Numbered from the stretch's first letter, positions 29,408 through 39,590 are shown. The stretch is 64,000 nucleotides of DNA from Nannocystis bainbridge (GCF_028368995.1 NZ_JAQNDL010000005.1:512001-576000), one strand, 5' to 3'. Numbers and translations: made by a program. Notes: generated from the letters alone by a model not told the origin.

Positions 29408-30520
29408 TCACGAACCGCGCCCGAGCGACTTCGGCCCCGCCGACTTCTTCGCCGCCGCGTGCGGCGGACGCTGGGCGCGCTCGACGATCGCCGCCAGGTA
29501 CGAGGCCGCGCTGTCGCGTTCGGTCAGGTGCTCGCGCGCCCGCGCCACCACCGTGTCGAAGTCCGGCCGCGCGGTCGGATTCGCCGGATCGGGGTTTTGC
29601 ACGGCTGCCAGGATGCTGAGCAGCAGCTCCTCGCTGCGCGCCCGCTCGCGGGCCTGGGCCCGGCGGCCGAACAGCTCGCGCACCAGCAGGATGGTGACCA
29701 GCAGCAGCACGACGCCGAGGCCGATCGCCAGCCAACCGAACAGCCCCAGCGACGCCTTCTTGTTGGGGCTGATCGAGATCCCGAGCTCGCTCATGCCATC
29801 ATTGACGCCGAGCACCAATTGCTTGGACAGCGCGCGACCGAACGCGCCCACCGCCCCGCCGTCCTCGCCGCCTGCCACCGCCAGCATCGTCGGCCCCAGG
29901 TCGCGCTCGAGCACCGTGCGCAGCGCCGGGCCGAGGTTGTCCTCGACCACGCGCTGCACCGCCGGCCCGAGATCTTCGGCGACGACGTCGCCGAGCGCCG
30001 GCCCCAGCTCCTCGCGCAGGCCCTGCGCCGTCGATTGCATGAACGCCGACAGCGCGGTGCGCGTGACCCCGTCGACGAACTCGCGGGTGAGGCGGCGATT
30101 CTCCGGCCCGACCGCCCCGGCCATCACCGCCCCGACCAGGTCCTTCACGCTCTTGGTGAGCGCGGGCGACACGTCCTCGCCGACCGCCCGGCCGAGCGCG
30201 CCGCTGATCGTGCGAATGTAGCGATCGCTCGCCTCGCCGATCCGCTGCATCCGCTCCTCGTCGGTGAGGCCGTCCATCGCCCCGCCGGTGATCGACTGCG
30301 TGAGGTCGTGGACGGCCGCCTGGATCTCCGGGTCTCGCAGCAGCCGCCGCAGCCGCGCGCGGTTGTTCTCGTCGTCGAGCGCCTGGAGCGTGCCCTCGAG
30401 CCCGCCCTCGACCCCGCCGCGCGCGATCTCGCGGGCATTGTGGGCGCAGGCGGCCTGAGAGAGCACGAGGGCGCCGACGAGGCACAGGGCGCGGCGTCCA
30501 AATTGAAGGGTGGCGTGCAT
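29408..30520 (-). CDS. Hypothetical helical lipoprotein with C-terminal TM helix
   Basis: Lipobox QAAC, repeated (E/D)LGP units, hydrophobic GLFGWLAIGLGVVLLLVTILLV. Confidence 0.75.
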   Translation of the reverse strand: MHATLQFGRRALCLVGALVLSQAACAHNAREIARGGVEGGLEGTLQALDDENNRARLRRLLRDPEIQAAVHDLTQSITGGAMDGLTDEERMQRIGEASDRYIRTISGALGRAVGEDVSPALTKSVKDLVGAVMAGAVGPENRRLTREFVDGVTRTALSAFMQSTAQGLREELGPALGDVVAEDLGPAVQRVVEDNLGPALRTVLERDLGPTMLAVAGGEDGGAVGAFGRALSKQLVLGVNDGMSELGISISPNKKASLGLFGWLAIGLGVVLLLVTILLVRELFGRRAQARERARSEELLLSILAAVQNPDPANPTARPDFDTVVARAREHLTERDSAASYLAAIVERAQRPPHAAAKKSAGPKSLGRGS

Positions 30521-30894
30521 GCGGGGTCCAGGCTGCGCGTGCGCCCGTGAGGGCCGGGCGGACGAGCATTCTTCCGGTTCGTGCGAGTCGCGTCGGCAGC
30601 GCGCGACGCTGCTCGCCGCTGCCTCCGCCATATGATCGACCCGGCAGCGCGAGCAACCGGGCAAACGGCGACCGGCGCAGGAACCCGCCGCAGAGGCCGG
30701 TTCGCCCGCGCGCTCGCGTCCCCGTCCACCGACGCAGCCCCCGACGTGGCGCAATCCGCACAACCCGCGCGCCTCGGGGGCCCCGGGACCCGCGACGCCG
30801 GCGCGAGCTCGTCGTCCGGGGATCCGGTGCGGCTGGATTTCAGGCCGCGGACGATCCGGGCGCGGGTGGAGCTGCGGCGGAGGAAATGGGGTCC

Positions 30895-31131
30895 ATGACG
30901 ACACAGGAGCGAGCGATGGCAGGCCCACCGGCGTCGAGCAGCCTGTCGTGCAAGGACTTCGCGGCCCGGGCCGGCGTCAACCCGCGGACGCTGACGTGGT
31001 GGAGGTCGAAGCTGGCGAGAATCGGCACGGCCGGGCCTGCGCCGGCCTGCTTCGTCGAGGTGACGGAGCAGCTCGCCGCGCTGGCTGCCGCGCCACCTAT
31101 CGCTATTGCGGCACGCGTGCAACCGCTCTAA
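30895..31131 (+). mobile_element. Degenerate IS66 accessory gene (tnpA) relic
   Basis: SSSLSCKDFAARAGVNPRTLTWWRSKL..FVEV HTH; no tnpB/tnpC next to it. Confidence 0.75.
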
Positions 31132-31463
31132 TTGATGCGGATCCGCGAGATCTTGCCGTCCAATCCGTTGTTGCGGATGAAGGTGACCCTCACGTACTCA
31201 TCCTCGTACGTGCGCTCGAACGTGGGAACGATGTACTCCGGGGCCGGTCGCTTGACGTTGATGATGCAGAAATCGTCGGACGTCGACCCGGACGGGTCAT
31301 CGTATAGACGGATCTCTGCCCCCGGCCTGACATTGAAGAATTTGGCCGAGCGGATCTCGTCATTCCTGACCGGCTTGAAGTCTTGACCCGGAGCATCCTC
31401 GACCGTCTGGATGATGTTCTGAGTGGCGTCGTTACCTTCGTAGAATGCGATGATCCCTGACAT
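31128..31463 (-). CDS. Small beta/gamma-crystallin-like protein, lower GC
   Basis: FYEGN, NDEIRS, LYDDP..DD, NGLDGKISRI motifs; RBS gagagagg. Confidence 0.7.
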   Translation of the reverse strand: MSGIIAFYEGNDATQNIIQTVEDAPGQDFKPVRNDEIRSAKFFNVRPGAEIRLYDDPSGSTSDDFCIINVKRPAPEYIVPTFERTYEDEYVRVTFIRNNGLDGKISRIRIN

Positions 31464-31818
31464 GTATCCTCTCTCCCGGGCGTCGTTTGCCCGCCCCGAT
31501 AAAGACCGATCTGCATTCCCCAGTCAATGAGCGATGTCGCCCTATAGAAGTCGGATTCGGGCGTCTTTGAAGCGTTCTGCGCGACATCACGCGAAGCGGC
31601 GGAGGTCCCAATGCGACGGGTCGCACGGGTTGGTGCGTCGCTTCATTCCTGCTCGCCGTGGTTGGGAACCACGATCTCCATCACCGCGCTCGATGTGATG
31701 CAGATCGCAATTCTAGACCGGTGTCTACGGCGCAGCGCGTGCGGGGACGCCCGACCGGCGCCCCGCCGACCCAACGGACCCGTCAGCCACCGTCACCCGC
31801 TGCGGGGCGCAATGCTCG

Positions 31819-31840
31819 TACATGTCCTTCGGGACATCCT
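31819..31840. repeat. 14-bp-period repeat (2 units, cTTCGg spacer)
   Basis: TACATGTC-cttcgg-GACATCCT. Confidence 0.65.
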
Positions 31841-31907
31841 CGGCGCCGCGGGCGACCCGCCGGCACGCGCGCGTCAGATCGGCTCCCCGCCGTGCTACCC
31901 CTCGCGC

Positions 31908-32525
31908 ATGAGCGAAACGACCCCCCACCCCGGTGTCCCCTCGCAGCTGTTCGTCCAGGCCTACGAGGGCACCCCCCCGTGGGACGTCGGCGCCCCGCAG
32001 GCCGCCTTCGTCGCCCTCGCCGACGGCGGCCTCATCCGTGGCGACGTGCTCGACGTCGGCTGCGGCCCTGGCGACAACGCCCTCTTCATGGCTGAGCGGG
32101 GTCACGACGTGTGGGGCGTCGACCTCGTGCCCGAGGCGATCGCGCGCGCCCAGGCCAAGGCCGGGGCGCGCGGGCTCGAAGTCCGCTTCCTCGTCCACGA
32201 CGCCCTGAACCTCGCCGCGCTCGGCCGGCGCTTCGACACCCTGCTCGACTCCGGCCTCTTCCACGTGTTCGGCGACCGCGACCGCGTCCTCTACGTGCGC
32301 TCGCTGGCCGACGCCATCCAGCCCGGCGGGCTGCTCCACATCCTCTGCTTCAGCGACGAGGAGGACGCCGAGCACGGCCCGCGGCGGATCGGCCAGGCCG
32401 AGCTGCGCGACGCCTTCAAGGACGGCTGGACCGTCCGCGACATCCGCCCGGCCCGCTTCGCCAGCCTCGCGCACCCCGGCGGCGCGCGGGCCTGGTGCGC
32501 CACGATCGAGCGCGCCGGCGAGTGA
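31908..32525 (+). CDS. Class I SAM-dependent methyltransferase
   Basis: PPWDVGAPQ, VLDVGCGPG, DSGLFH. Confidence 0.92.
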   Translation: MSETTPHPGVPSQLFVQAYEGTPPWDVGAPQAAFVALADGGLIRGDVLDVGCGPGDNALFMAERGHDVWGVDLVPEAIARAQAKAGARGLEVRFLVHDALNLAALGRRFDTLLDSGLFHVFGDRDRVLYVRSLADAIQPGGLLHILCFSDEEDAEHGPRRIGQAELRDAFKDGWTVRDIRPARFASLAHPGGARAWCATIERAGE

Positions 32526-32711
32526 CGCTGTTCGCCGCGATGCCGACCGCGCGGCAGCAGGCGCGCGCGCGGCCCTGACGGCCCGCTGGGGGATTCTCGT
32601 GGCCGAACGCGACCCCGGCCCGCGAGTCGCGGCCAACCGCACGCTGCTCGCATTCTCGCCTGCGGTGATTCACCCTGGTCGCGCGCGCCCCCGGGTGTAA
32701 CTTGCAGCCGC

Positions 32712-33296
32712 ATGAAAGCCCGCTCGCTCGCCGTCACGCTCTGTACCCTCGCGCTCGGCCTCGCCTCGACCGCCGCGCACGCCTCCAACTACCCGCCCGA
32801 CTACGACATGTGCAGCCTCACCGAGACGCTGTACTCGGGGCCGTTCAAGGTGATCCGCGACTTCGTCGATCCGTGGGACGAGCACTACAAGCTCACCATC
32901 GTCTACGACGGCTACCTGCGCGACAGCTACGCCGACGACCAGATCAACTTCTACGTGTCGGTCAACGGCAACAACGCCATGCTCGACGCCCTGCCCGGCG
33001 CCAACGACGACGCCTACGTGTTCCTCGACTCCGGCCCGCGCGCCTGTCACTGGTGCCCCAACGGCCCCAACCCGAACAGCTCGTGCGCCAACGTCACCTT
33101 CGACCCGTACCAGAGCGGCAAGTGGCTCTGCAGCTACCCGAGCGCCGTCGAGAACCACCTGTTCTACTGGACCCACGACGAGTTCGGCGGGCTCAACGCG
33201 TGGGACCTCGAGCTCGCGGCCGAGGCCGGGGGCCAGTGGGACAGCAACTACGGCGGCAACTTCGACCTGCGCTTCGAGCCCAACACCTGCTGGTGA
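32712..33296 (+). CDS. Secreted hypothetical protein, possible CBM21-like C-terminus
   Basis: Signal peptide AHA; ends GQWDSNYGGNFDLRF. Confidence 0.75.
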   Translation: MKARSLAVTLCTLALGLASTAAHASNYPPDYDMCSLTETLYSGPFKVIRDFVDPWDEHYKLTIVYDGYLRDSYADDQINFYVSVNGNNAMLDALPGANDDAYVFLDSGPRACHWCPNGPNPNSSCANVTFDPYQSGKWLCSYPSAVENHLFYWTHDEFGGLNAWDLELAAEAGGQWDSNYGGNFDLRFEPNTCW

Positions 33297-33487
33297 ATGA
33301 CGGGTCCCGAAAGCGCGGTCGTGCGGCCGCCGGGCCCCACCCGCTCGCTCGCGCGCGTCCCTCGGGGCAATCACCACAGTCGCACCCACCCTCGCCGCGC
33401 GCGGGAGAATCGTCGCAGCGCCTACCCGCTTAAAGGCGGGTATACACTGCGACCATTCTTTTGCGAAGGTCCGTGCGGACCTCGCCG

Positions 33488-35281
33488 ATGACAGCCCGCA
33501 CGGACGCCGACCTCTTCCTCTTCAACGGCAACATCACGACCATGGATCCGCGGGCCCCCGCGGCCACGGCGGCGGCGATCCAGAACGGGCGATTCGTCGC
33601 CGTCGGCGACGACGCGACCATCCTGGCCCGCGCCGGCGCCGGCCCGCGCATGATCGACCTGCGCGGCCGGCGGGCGATCCCCGGCCTCATCGATTCGCAC
33701 CTCCACCTCATCCGCGGCGGCCTGACCTACAACAGCGAATTGCGGTGGGACGGCGTCGCCTCGCTGTCCGAGGCGCTGCGGCGGCTGCGGGCCCAGGCCC
33801 AGATCACCCCGCCGCCGCAGTGGGTCCGCGTCGTCGGCGGCTGGTCGGAGTTTCAGTTCGCCGAGCGGCGCATGCCGACCCTCGACGAGCTCAACGCCGC
33901 CGCGCCCGACACCCCCGTGTTCGTGCTCCACCTCTATTCGCAGGCGCTGCTCAACCGCGCCGCGCTGCGGGCCGTCGGCTACACGCGCGACACGCCCGAC
34001 CCGCCCGGCGGCGTCATCCAGCGCGACCGTCACGGCGAGCCGACCGGCCTGCTCGTCGCCAAGCCCAACGCCTGGATCCTCTACGCCACCCTCGCCAAAG
34101 GCCCGCGGCTCGGCCTCGACGAGCAGCGCAACAGCACGCGTCATTTCATGCGCGAGCTCAACCGCCTCGGCATCACCGGGGCGATCGACGCCGGCGGCGG
34201 CTTTCAGCAGTACCCCGAGCACTACCAGATCGTCGAGGAGCTCGCGGCCGCCCGCCAGCTCACCGTGCGGATCGCCTACAACCTGTTCACCCAGCGCCCG
34301 GGCCAGGAGCTGGCCGACTTTCAGCAGTGGGCCGACAGCGTCGCTCCCGGCCGCGGCGACGATTATTACCGCCTCAACGGCGCCGGCGAGATGCTCGTCT
34401 ACTCGGCCGCCGACTTCGAGGACTTCCTCGAGCCGCGACCCGACCTCCCGCCGCACATGGAGGCCCAGCTCGGCGCCGTCGTCGAGCACCTGGTCGCCAA
34501 TCGCTGGCCGTTCCGCCTGCACGCCACCTACGACGAATCGATCGCCCGCATGCTCGACGTGTTCGAGGCCGTCGATCGCAAGGTCCCCTTCGCCGGCCTG
34601 CGGTGGTTCTTCGATCACGCCGAGACCGTGTCCCCGCGCAGCATCGACCGCATCGCCGCGCTCGGCGGCGGCATCGCCATCCAGCACCGCATGGCCTACC
34701 AGGGCGAGCATTTCCTGCGCCGCTACGGCCCCGAGGCCACCAGCGACGCCCCGCCGGTGAAGCGCATGCTGGCCGCCGGCATCCCCGTCGGCGGCGGCAC
34801 CGACGCCACGCGCGTCGCCAGCTACAACCCATGGGTCGGCCTCGCCTGGCTGGTCTCCGGCCGCAGCGTCGGCGGCACCGAGCTGCTCGGCCCTGGCGCC
34901 CGGCTGTCGCGCGAGCAGGCCCTGCGCCTCTACACCGCCAGCAACGGGTGGTTCTCCGGCGAGCACGGCCAGCGCGGCCTCGTCGCCGCGGGCTGCCTCG
35001 GCGACCTCGCCGTGCTGTCCGACGACTACTTCGCCGTGCCCGAGAGCCAGATCCGCGACCTCACCTCCGTGCTCACCGTGGTCGGCGGCGAAGTCGTGCA
35101 CGCCAGCGGCGAGTTCGGCGGCCTCGCCCCGCCGCCGCTGCCGTTCAGCCCCGACTGGGCCCCGCCCGCGCACCACGGCGGCTACGACCCCGGCCTCGTC
35201 GCCCACGCGCTCGGCCGCCGCGCCCACGCCCATCATCACCACCACCACTTCGGCCTCGCCTGCCCCTGCGCGGTGTTCTGA
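33488..35281 (+). CDS. Amidohydrolase (YtcJ/NfdA-like)
   Basis: IPGLIDSHLHLIRGG, RLHATYDES, FFDHAE, GTDATRVASYNPW; His/Cys tail. Confidence 0.95.
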   Translation: MTARTDADLFLFNGNITTMDPRAPAATAAAIQNGRFVAVGDDATILARAGAGPRMIDLRGRRAIPGLIDSHLHLIRGGLTYNSELRWDGVASLSEALRRLRAQAQITPPPQWVRVVGGWSEFQFAERRMPTLDELNAAAPDTPVFVLHLYSQALLNRAALRAVGYTRDTPDPPGGVIQRDRHGEPTGLLVAKPNAWILYATLAKGPRLGLDEQRNSTRHFMRELNRLGITGAIDAGGGFQQYPEHYQIVEELAAARQLTVRIAYNLFTQRPGQELADFQQWADSVAPGRGDDYYRLNGAGEMLVYSAADFEDFLEPRPDLPPHMEAQLGAVVEHLVANRWPFRLHATYDESIARMLDVFEAVDRKVPFAGLRWFFDHAETVSPRSIDRIAALGGGIAIQHRMAYQGEHFLRRYGPEATSDAPPVKRMLAAGIPVGGGTDATRVASYNPWVGLAWLVSGRSVGGTELLGPGARLSREQALRLYTASNGWFSGEHGQRGLVAAGCLGDLAVLSDDYFAVPESQIRDLTSVLTVVGGEVVHASGEFGGLAPPPLPFSPDWAPPAHHGGYDPGLVAHALGRRAHAHHHHHHFGLACPCAVF

Positions 35282-35285
35282 TCCC

Positions 35286-36875
35286 ATGCACCTGTCCTCG
35301 CGGACATACCAGGCGCCGCCCCGCGCCTGGCCGGGGGCTCGCGCGCCCGCAGCCCGGGCCGCCGCCCTGGCGGTCGCGCTCGGCGGCCCCGGCCTCGCCC
35401 GCGCCGAGCCGGCCGGCGGTCCGAACGGACATGTCCCCGGAGACATGCCGCATAGGCCAGGTTCGTTCGCACATGCCCACAAGGACATGTCCACGAAGCC
35501 AGCCTCGCCCGCCCAGGCCGCGGGCGCCAGCGAGGCCGCCGCGCTCGCCGGGCGCGGCGCCGGACCGCCCGCAGCCCCGCCGCCGTACCGCCTGCTGCGC
35601 GCCGACGAGGACTACCGCTACCTCCGCGACCCCCGGCGCCGCGTCGACTGGCTCGATCGCCTCAAGTACGTCCCGCTCGGCCCGCGCCGGCGGGTCGCGC
35701 TCGGCTTCGGCGGTGAGGCCCGCCAGCGCCTCGACAGCTTCCGCCACCTCGACTGGGGGGCAGGCCCGCCGCGCTCGCTGTCGTGGCTGCAGCGCTATAT
35801 GCTGCACGCCGAGCTGCGCGCCCCGAACTTCCGCGCCTTTGTCCAGCTCAAGAGCGCGCTCGAGCACGGCCGCCCCGGCGGCCCGCGGGACGTCGACCGC
35901 GACGACCTCGATTTCCACCAAGCCTTCGCCGAATTCGAGCACGAGCGCCCTGGCCTGCGCCTCGTCGTCCGCGCTGGCCGCCACGAGCTCGGATTCGGCT
36001 CGGGCCGGCTCGTGTCGCCGCGCGAGGGCCCCAACGTGCGCCGCAGCTTCGACGGCGTCTCGCTGATCGTCGCCGCCCGCCGCGTGCGCGCGCACCTGTT
36101 CATCACCCGCCCGGTCGCCACCCGCCCCGGCCTGTTCGACGACGGCTGGGAGCGCGGCCAGTGGTTCGCCGGCGCCCACCTCACCGTGCCCTCCCCGCTG
36201 CGCGGCGGCCAGGTCGACCTCTACGCGCTCTACCTCGACCGCCCCGGCGCCGTCTATCAGCGCGGCGCGGCCCACGAGCGGCGCCTGTCTCTCGGGACAC
36301 GTTGGTTCGGCGCCGCCGGCCGGCTCGACTACAACCTCGAGGCCGTGCTGCAGACCGGCACGTTCGGCGCCGCCCCGCTGCTCGCCTGGACCCTCGCCAG
36401 CGACACCGGCGTCGCCCTGCCGCTGCCGTGGCGCCCGCGGCTCGGCGTGCGCCTCGACGTCGCCTCCGGCGATCGCGGCGGCGATCGGCCGATGGGCACC
36501 TTCTCGCCGCTGTTCCCCAAGGGCTCCTACTTCGGCGAGGACGGCACTCTCGGCCCCGCCAACTTCTACGACCTCCACCCGATGCTGTCCCTCGCGCCGC
36601 TGCAGCGCCTGAGCCTCACCTTCGACTGGGTGTGCCTGTGGCGGTACAGCCGCGCCGACGGCGTCTACAACGTCCCCGGCGAGCCGCTCGTCGCCGACCT
36701 GAACCCCGAGCGCTTCATCGGTCACCGCGCCGGCGCCAACCTCGAGGTCGAGCTCGGCCGCCACATCGGCTTCGTCGTCACCCTCGGCCGGTTCTTCCGC
36801 GGCCCCTTCCTCGCCCGCGCCGGCCGCCCGCGCGACCTCGACTTCATCGCCACCTGGCTGACCCTCAAGTTCTGA
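35286..36875 (+). CDS. Alginate export (AlgE-like) outer membrane protein
   Basis: RADEDYRYL..DRLKY, REGPNVRRSFDG, ASGD..GTFSPLFPKG, terminal F. Confidence 0.9.
   Translation: MHLSSRTYQAPPRAWPGARAPAARAAALAVALGGPGLARAEPAGGPNGHVPGDMPHRPGSFAHAHKDMSTKPASPAQAAGASEAAALAGRGAGPPAAPPPYRLLRADEDYRYLRDPRRRVDWLDRLKYVPLGPRRRVALGFGGEARQRLDSFRHLDWGAGPPRSLSWLQRYMLHAELRAPNFRAFVQLKSALEHGRPGGPRDVDRDDLDFHQAFAEFEHERPGLRLVVRAGRHELGFGSGRLVSPREGPNVRRSFDGVSLIVAARRVRAHLFITRPVATRPGLFDDGWERGQWFAGAHLTVPSPLRGGQVDLYALYLDRPGAVYQRGAAHERRLSLGTRWFGAAGRLDYNLEAVLQTGTFGAAPLLAWTLASDTGVALPLPWRPRLGVRLDVASGDRGGDRPMGTFSPLFPKGSYFGEDGTLGPANFYDLHPMLSLAPLQRLSLTFDWVCLWRYSRADGVYNVPGEPLVADLNPERFIGHRAGANLEVELGRHIGFVVTLGRFFRGPFLARAGRPRDLDFIATWLTLKF
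35428..35491. repeat. 14-bp-period repeat (5 units) inside the AlgE-like ORF
   Basis: GACATGTC 35428, GACATGCC 35442, GCCAGGTT 35456, CACATGCC 35470, GACATGTC 35484; a further pair at 35289/35303. Confidence 0.8.
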
Positions 36876-36921
36876 CTCCTGTCATTTGCCAATCACACCA
36901 ATCACCCAAGGTCCATTCATC

Positions 36922-37578
36922 ATGCCCACCGCCACCGCCACGCCCGCCCGCTCGCTGCTCACCCCGCGCGACCACACCCTCATCCTCATCGATCACCAGC
37001 CGCAGATGGCCTTCGCCACCCGCTCGATCGACGCCGTCCTGCTGCGCAACAACGCCGCCATGGCCGCCCGCGCCGCCCGCATCTTCGAGGTCGCCACCAT
37101 CCTCACCACCGTCGCCGAGAAGACCTTCTCCGGCCCGATCTTCGCCGAGATCGCCGCCGCCCAGCCCGGGCACGACATCCTCGATCGCACCACCATGAAT
37201 TGCTGGGAGGACGCCAGCGTGGTCGCCCGCGTCAATCAGCTCGGCCACTCGCGGATCGTCATCGCCGGCCTGTGGACCTCCGTCTGCATCGTCGGCCCCG
37301 TGCTCTCCGCGCTCGAGCAGGGCTTCGAGGTCTACGTGATCACCGACGCTTGCGGCGACGTGTCCGAGGAGGCCCACGAGCGCGCCGTCACCCGCATGGT
37401 CCAGGCCGGCGCGCGCCCGCTGACGGCCCTGCAGTACCTGCTCGAGCTCCAGCGCGACTGGGCCCGCGGCGACACCTACGGCGCCGTCACCGGCCTCGCC
37501 GCCGAGCTGGGCGGCGCCTACGGCCTCGGGATCATCTACGCCAAGGCCATGTTCGGCGGCTCCGAAGGCGGCCACTAG
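36922..37578 (+). CDS. Isochorismatase-family hydrolase (YcaC-like)
   Basis: LIDHQPQM, DRTTMNCWED, AGLWTSVC, DACGD, ELQRDWAR. Confidence 0.93.
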   Translation: MPTATATPARSLLTPRDHTLILIDHQPQMAFATRSIDAVLLRNNAAMAARAARIFEVATILTTVAEKTFSGPIFAEIAAAQPGHDILDRTTMNCWEDASVVARVNQLGHSRIVIAGLWTSVCIVGPVLSALEQGFEVYVITDACGDVSEEAHERAVTRMVQAGARPLTALQYLLELQRDWARGDTYGAVTGLAAELGGAYGLGIIYAKAMFGGSEGGH

Positions 37579-37584
37579 GCGGCC

Positions 37585-37848
37585 ATGAAGCTCTACCTGC
37601 TCTCTCTGGGCGTCGGCGTGCTCGTCGGCGTCCTCTACGGCGCGCTCAACGTGCGCTCGCCGGCGCCGCCGATCGTCGCCCTGCTCGGGCTGTTCGGCAT
37701 GCTGCTCGGCGAGCAGGTCGGGCCGGTCGCGCGGCGCATCCTCGCCGGCCAGCCATTGACGGCCGCGTGGTTCTCCCGCGAGTGTACGCCCAAGATCACC
37801 GGCGTGACCGCGCCCGAGCCCGACCATGGCGACCCCGTTTCCCGCTGA
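37585..37848 (+). CDS. XapX/DUF1427 small membrane protein
   Basis: YLLSLGVGVLVGVLYGALNVRSPAPP..GMLLGEQ. Confidence 0.9.
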   Translation: MKLYLLSLGVGVLVGVLYGALNVRSPAPPIVALLGLFGMLLGEQVGPVARRILAGQPLTAAWFSRECTPKITGVTAPEPDHGDPVSR

Positions 37849-39454
37849 ATCACCACCCTCCGTCTCGGCCTGGGCGCCGCTGCGTCACCGCGTGTTCCGC
37901 TCGCTGTGGCTCGGCGCGCTCGGCTCCAACATCGCCTTGTGGGTGCAGAACGCCGTCGGCAGCTGGGACATGACCACCCTCGCCGACGCCCCGATCTACG
38001 TCGCCCTGCTGCAGACCATGTCCGGCGCCCCGGTCCTGCTCGTCGGCCTGCCCGCGGCCGCCTTCGCCGACCTCTTCGATCGCCGCGGTCTCCTGGTCGG
38101 CTTCGCCGCCTGGATGGCCGCCGTCTCGCTGGTCCTCGCCGCCCTCTCCTTCACCGGCGCGCTCGGCCCCGCCGCCCTGCTCGCTGCCACCTTCGCGCTC
38201 GGCCTCGGCGCCGCGCTCTCGGCCCCGCTGTGGCAATCGGTGCTGCCGTCGCAGGTCGCCGCCAGCGAGCTCGCCTCCGCCGTCACCCTCGGCGGCGTCG
38301 CCGTCAACCTCGCCCGCGCCGTCGGCCCCGCGCTCGGCGGCGTCGGCGTGGCCCTCCTCGGCAGCGGCGCCGTCTATGCCTTCAACGCCTGCCTGTTCAC
38401 GCTCGTCGTCGTCCAGGTGCTGCGCTGGCGACCCGAGCGCGAGCGCCCGCCGCAGAGCCCCGAGCGGGTCGTCGGGGCCATCGTCGCCGGCCTGCGCTTC
38501 GCTGGCCACGCCCCGGTGCTGCGCGCCGTGATCGCCCGCGCCGGCGCCTTCATCGTCTGCGGCAGCGCCTTATGGGCCCTGTTGCCGGTGATCGCTCGCC
38601 GCGAGCTGCACATGAGCCCCCTGCGGTTCGGCGCCCTGCTCGGCTGCGTCGGCGCCGGCGCCCTGCTCGGCGCCGCCGTCATGCCGCGCCTGCGCGCCCG
38701 CTGGGGCCCCGATCGCCTGACCCTCGCCGCCAGCCTCGCCTACGCCGCCACCATGCTCGCGCTCGGCTTCGTGCGCAGCGAGGCCCTCCTGTACCTCTCC
38801 ATGCTCGCCACGGGCGTCGCCTGGATCAGCATCATGTCGAGCCTCAACGTCGCCGCCGCCTCGGCCGCCCCCGGGTGGGTCCACGCGCGCGCGCTCGGCC
38901 TCTATTTATTGGTGTTTCAAGGCGGCCTCGCGCTCGGCAGCCTCGCCTGGGGCAGCCTCGCCGGCCTGCTCGGCCCGCCGCGCACCCTCGCCATCGCCGC
39001 CGCCGGCGTCGCTCTCGGCGCCCTCGTGACCGTGCGCTGGCGCCTCGGCGACGCTCGCCGCGAGGCCTTCGCGTCGTGGAGCGCCTGGCCCGAGCCCGTC
39101 GTGCTCGGCGCCGACCTCGACCACGAAGCCGGCCCCGTGCTCATCGTCCGCCGCCACCGCGTCCCCGCGGCCCACCGCGCCGAGTTCCTGCGGCTCTGCC
39201 AGGCGCTCGAGCACCTGCGCCGGCGCGACGGCGCCCGCGAGTGGTCGCTCTACGAGGACCTCGCCGACCCCGACCTCTTCGTCGAGACCTTCACCCTCGC
39301 CTCGTGGTCCGAGCACCTGCGCCAGCACGCCCGCGCCGTGGTCGCCGACCAATCCTTGCTCACTCGCCTCGCCGCCCTCGCCGAGGACGCCGGCGTCACC
39401 CACCTCGTCGACGCCCGCGCCCTCGCAGCCGCCCGCGCCCGCGCCCCGCAGTGA
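37826..39454 (+). CDS. MFS transporter (MFS_3/DUF894-like with C-terminal soluble domain)
   Basis: WAPLRHRVFRSLW, ADLFDRR, NLARAVGPALGG, RRRDGAREW..WSEHLRQH. Confidence 0.92.
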   Translation: MATPFPAESPPSVSAWAPLRHRVFRSLWLGALGSNIALWVQNAVGSWDMTTLADAPIYVALLQTMSGAPVLLVGLPAAAFADLFDRRGLLVGFAAWMAAVSLVLAALSFTGALGPAALLAATFALGLGAALSAPLWQSVLPSQVAASELASAVTLGGVAVNLARAVGPALGGVGVALLGSGAVYAFNACLFTLVVVQVLRWRPERERPPQSPERVVGAIVAGLRFAGHAPVLRAVIARAGAFIVCGSALWALLPVIARRELHMSPLRFGALLGCVGAGALLGAAVMPRLRARWGPDRLTLAASLAYAATMLALGFVRSEALLYLSMLATGVAWISIMSSLNVAAASAAPGWVHARALGLYLLVFQGGLALGSLAWGSLAGLLGPPRTLAIAAAGVALGALVTVRWRLGDARREAFASWSAWPEPVVLGADLDHEAGPVLIVRRHRVPAAHRAEFLRLCQALEHLRRRDGAREWSLYEDLADPDLFVETFTLASWSEHLRQHARAVVADQSLLTRLAALAEDAGVTHLVDARALAAARARAPQ

Positions 39455-39590
39455 AGCTCCATCGCAGCGCGACGCGGTGCGAAGGCATCGCCCGAGAGCA
39501 GGGCGAGCCCAAGGCGGTCACCACGCATTCGTCGCAGCGAGGCCCTGTCGCGTGATGGACGGTCTGCCTCCACAAGGCCGCCGGGGTCTC

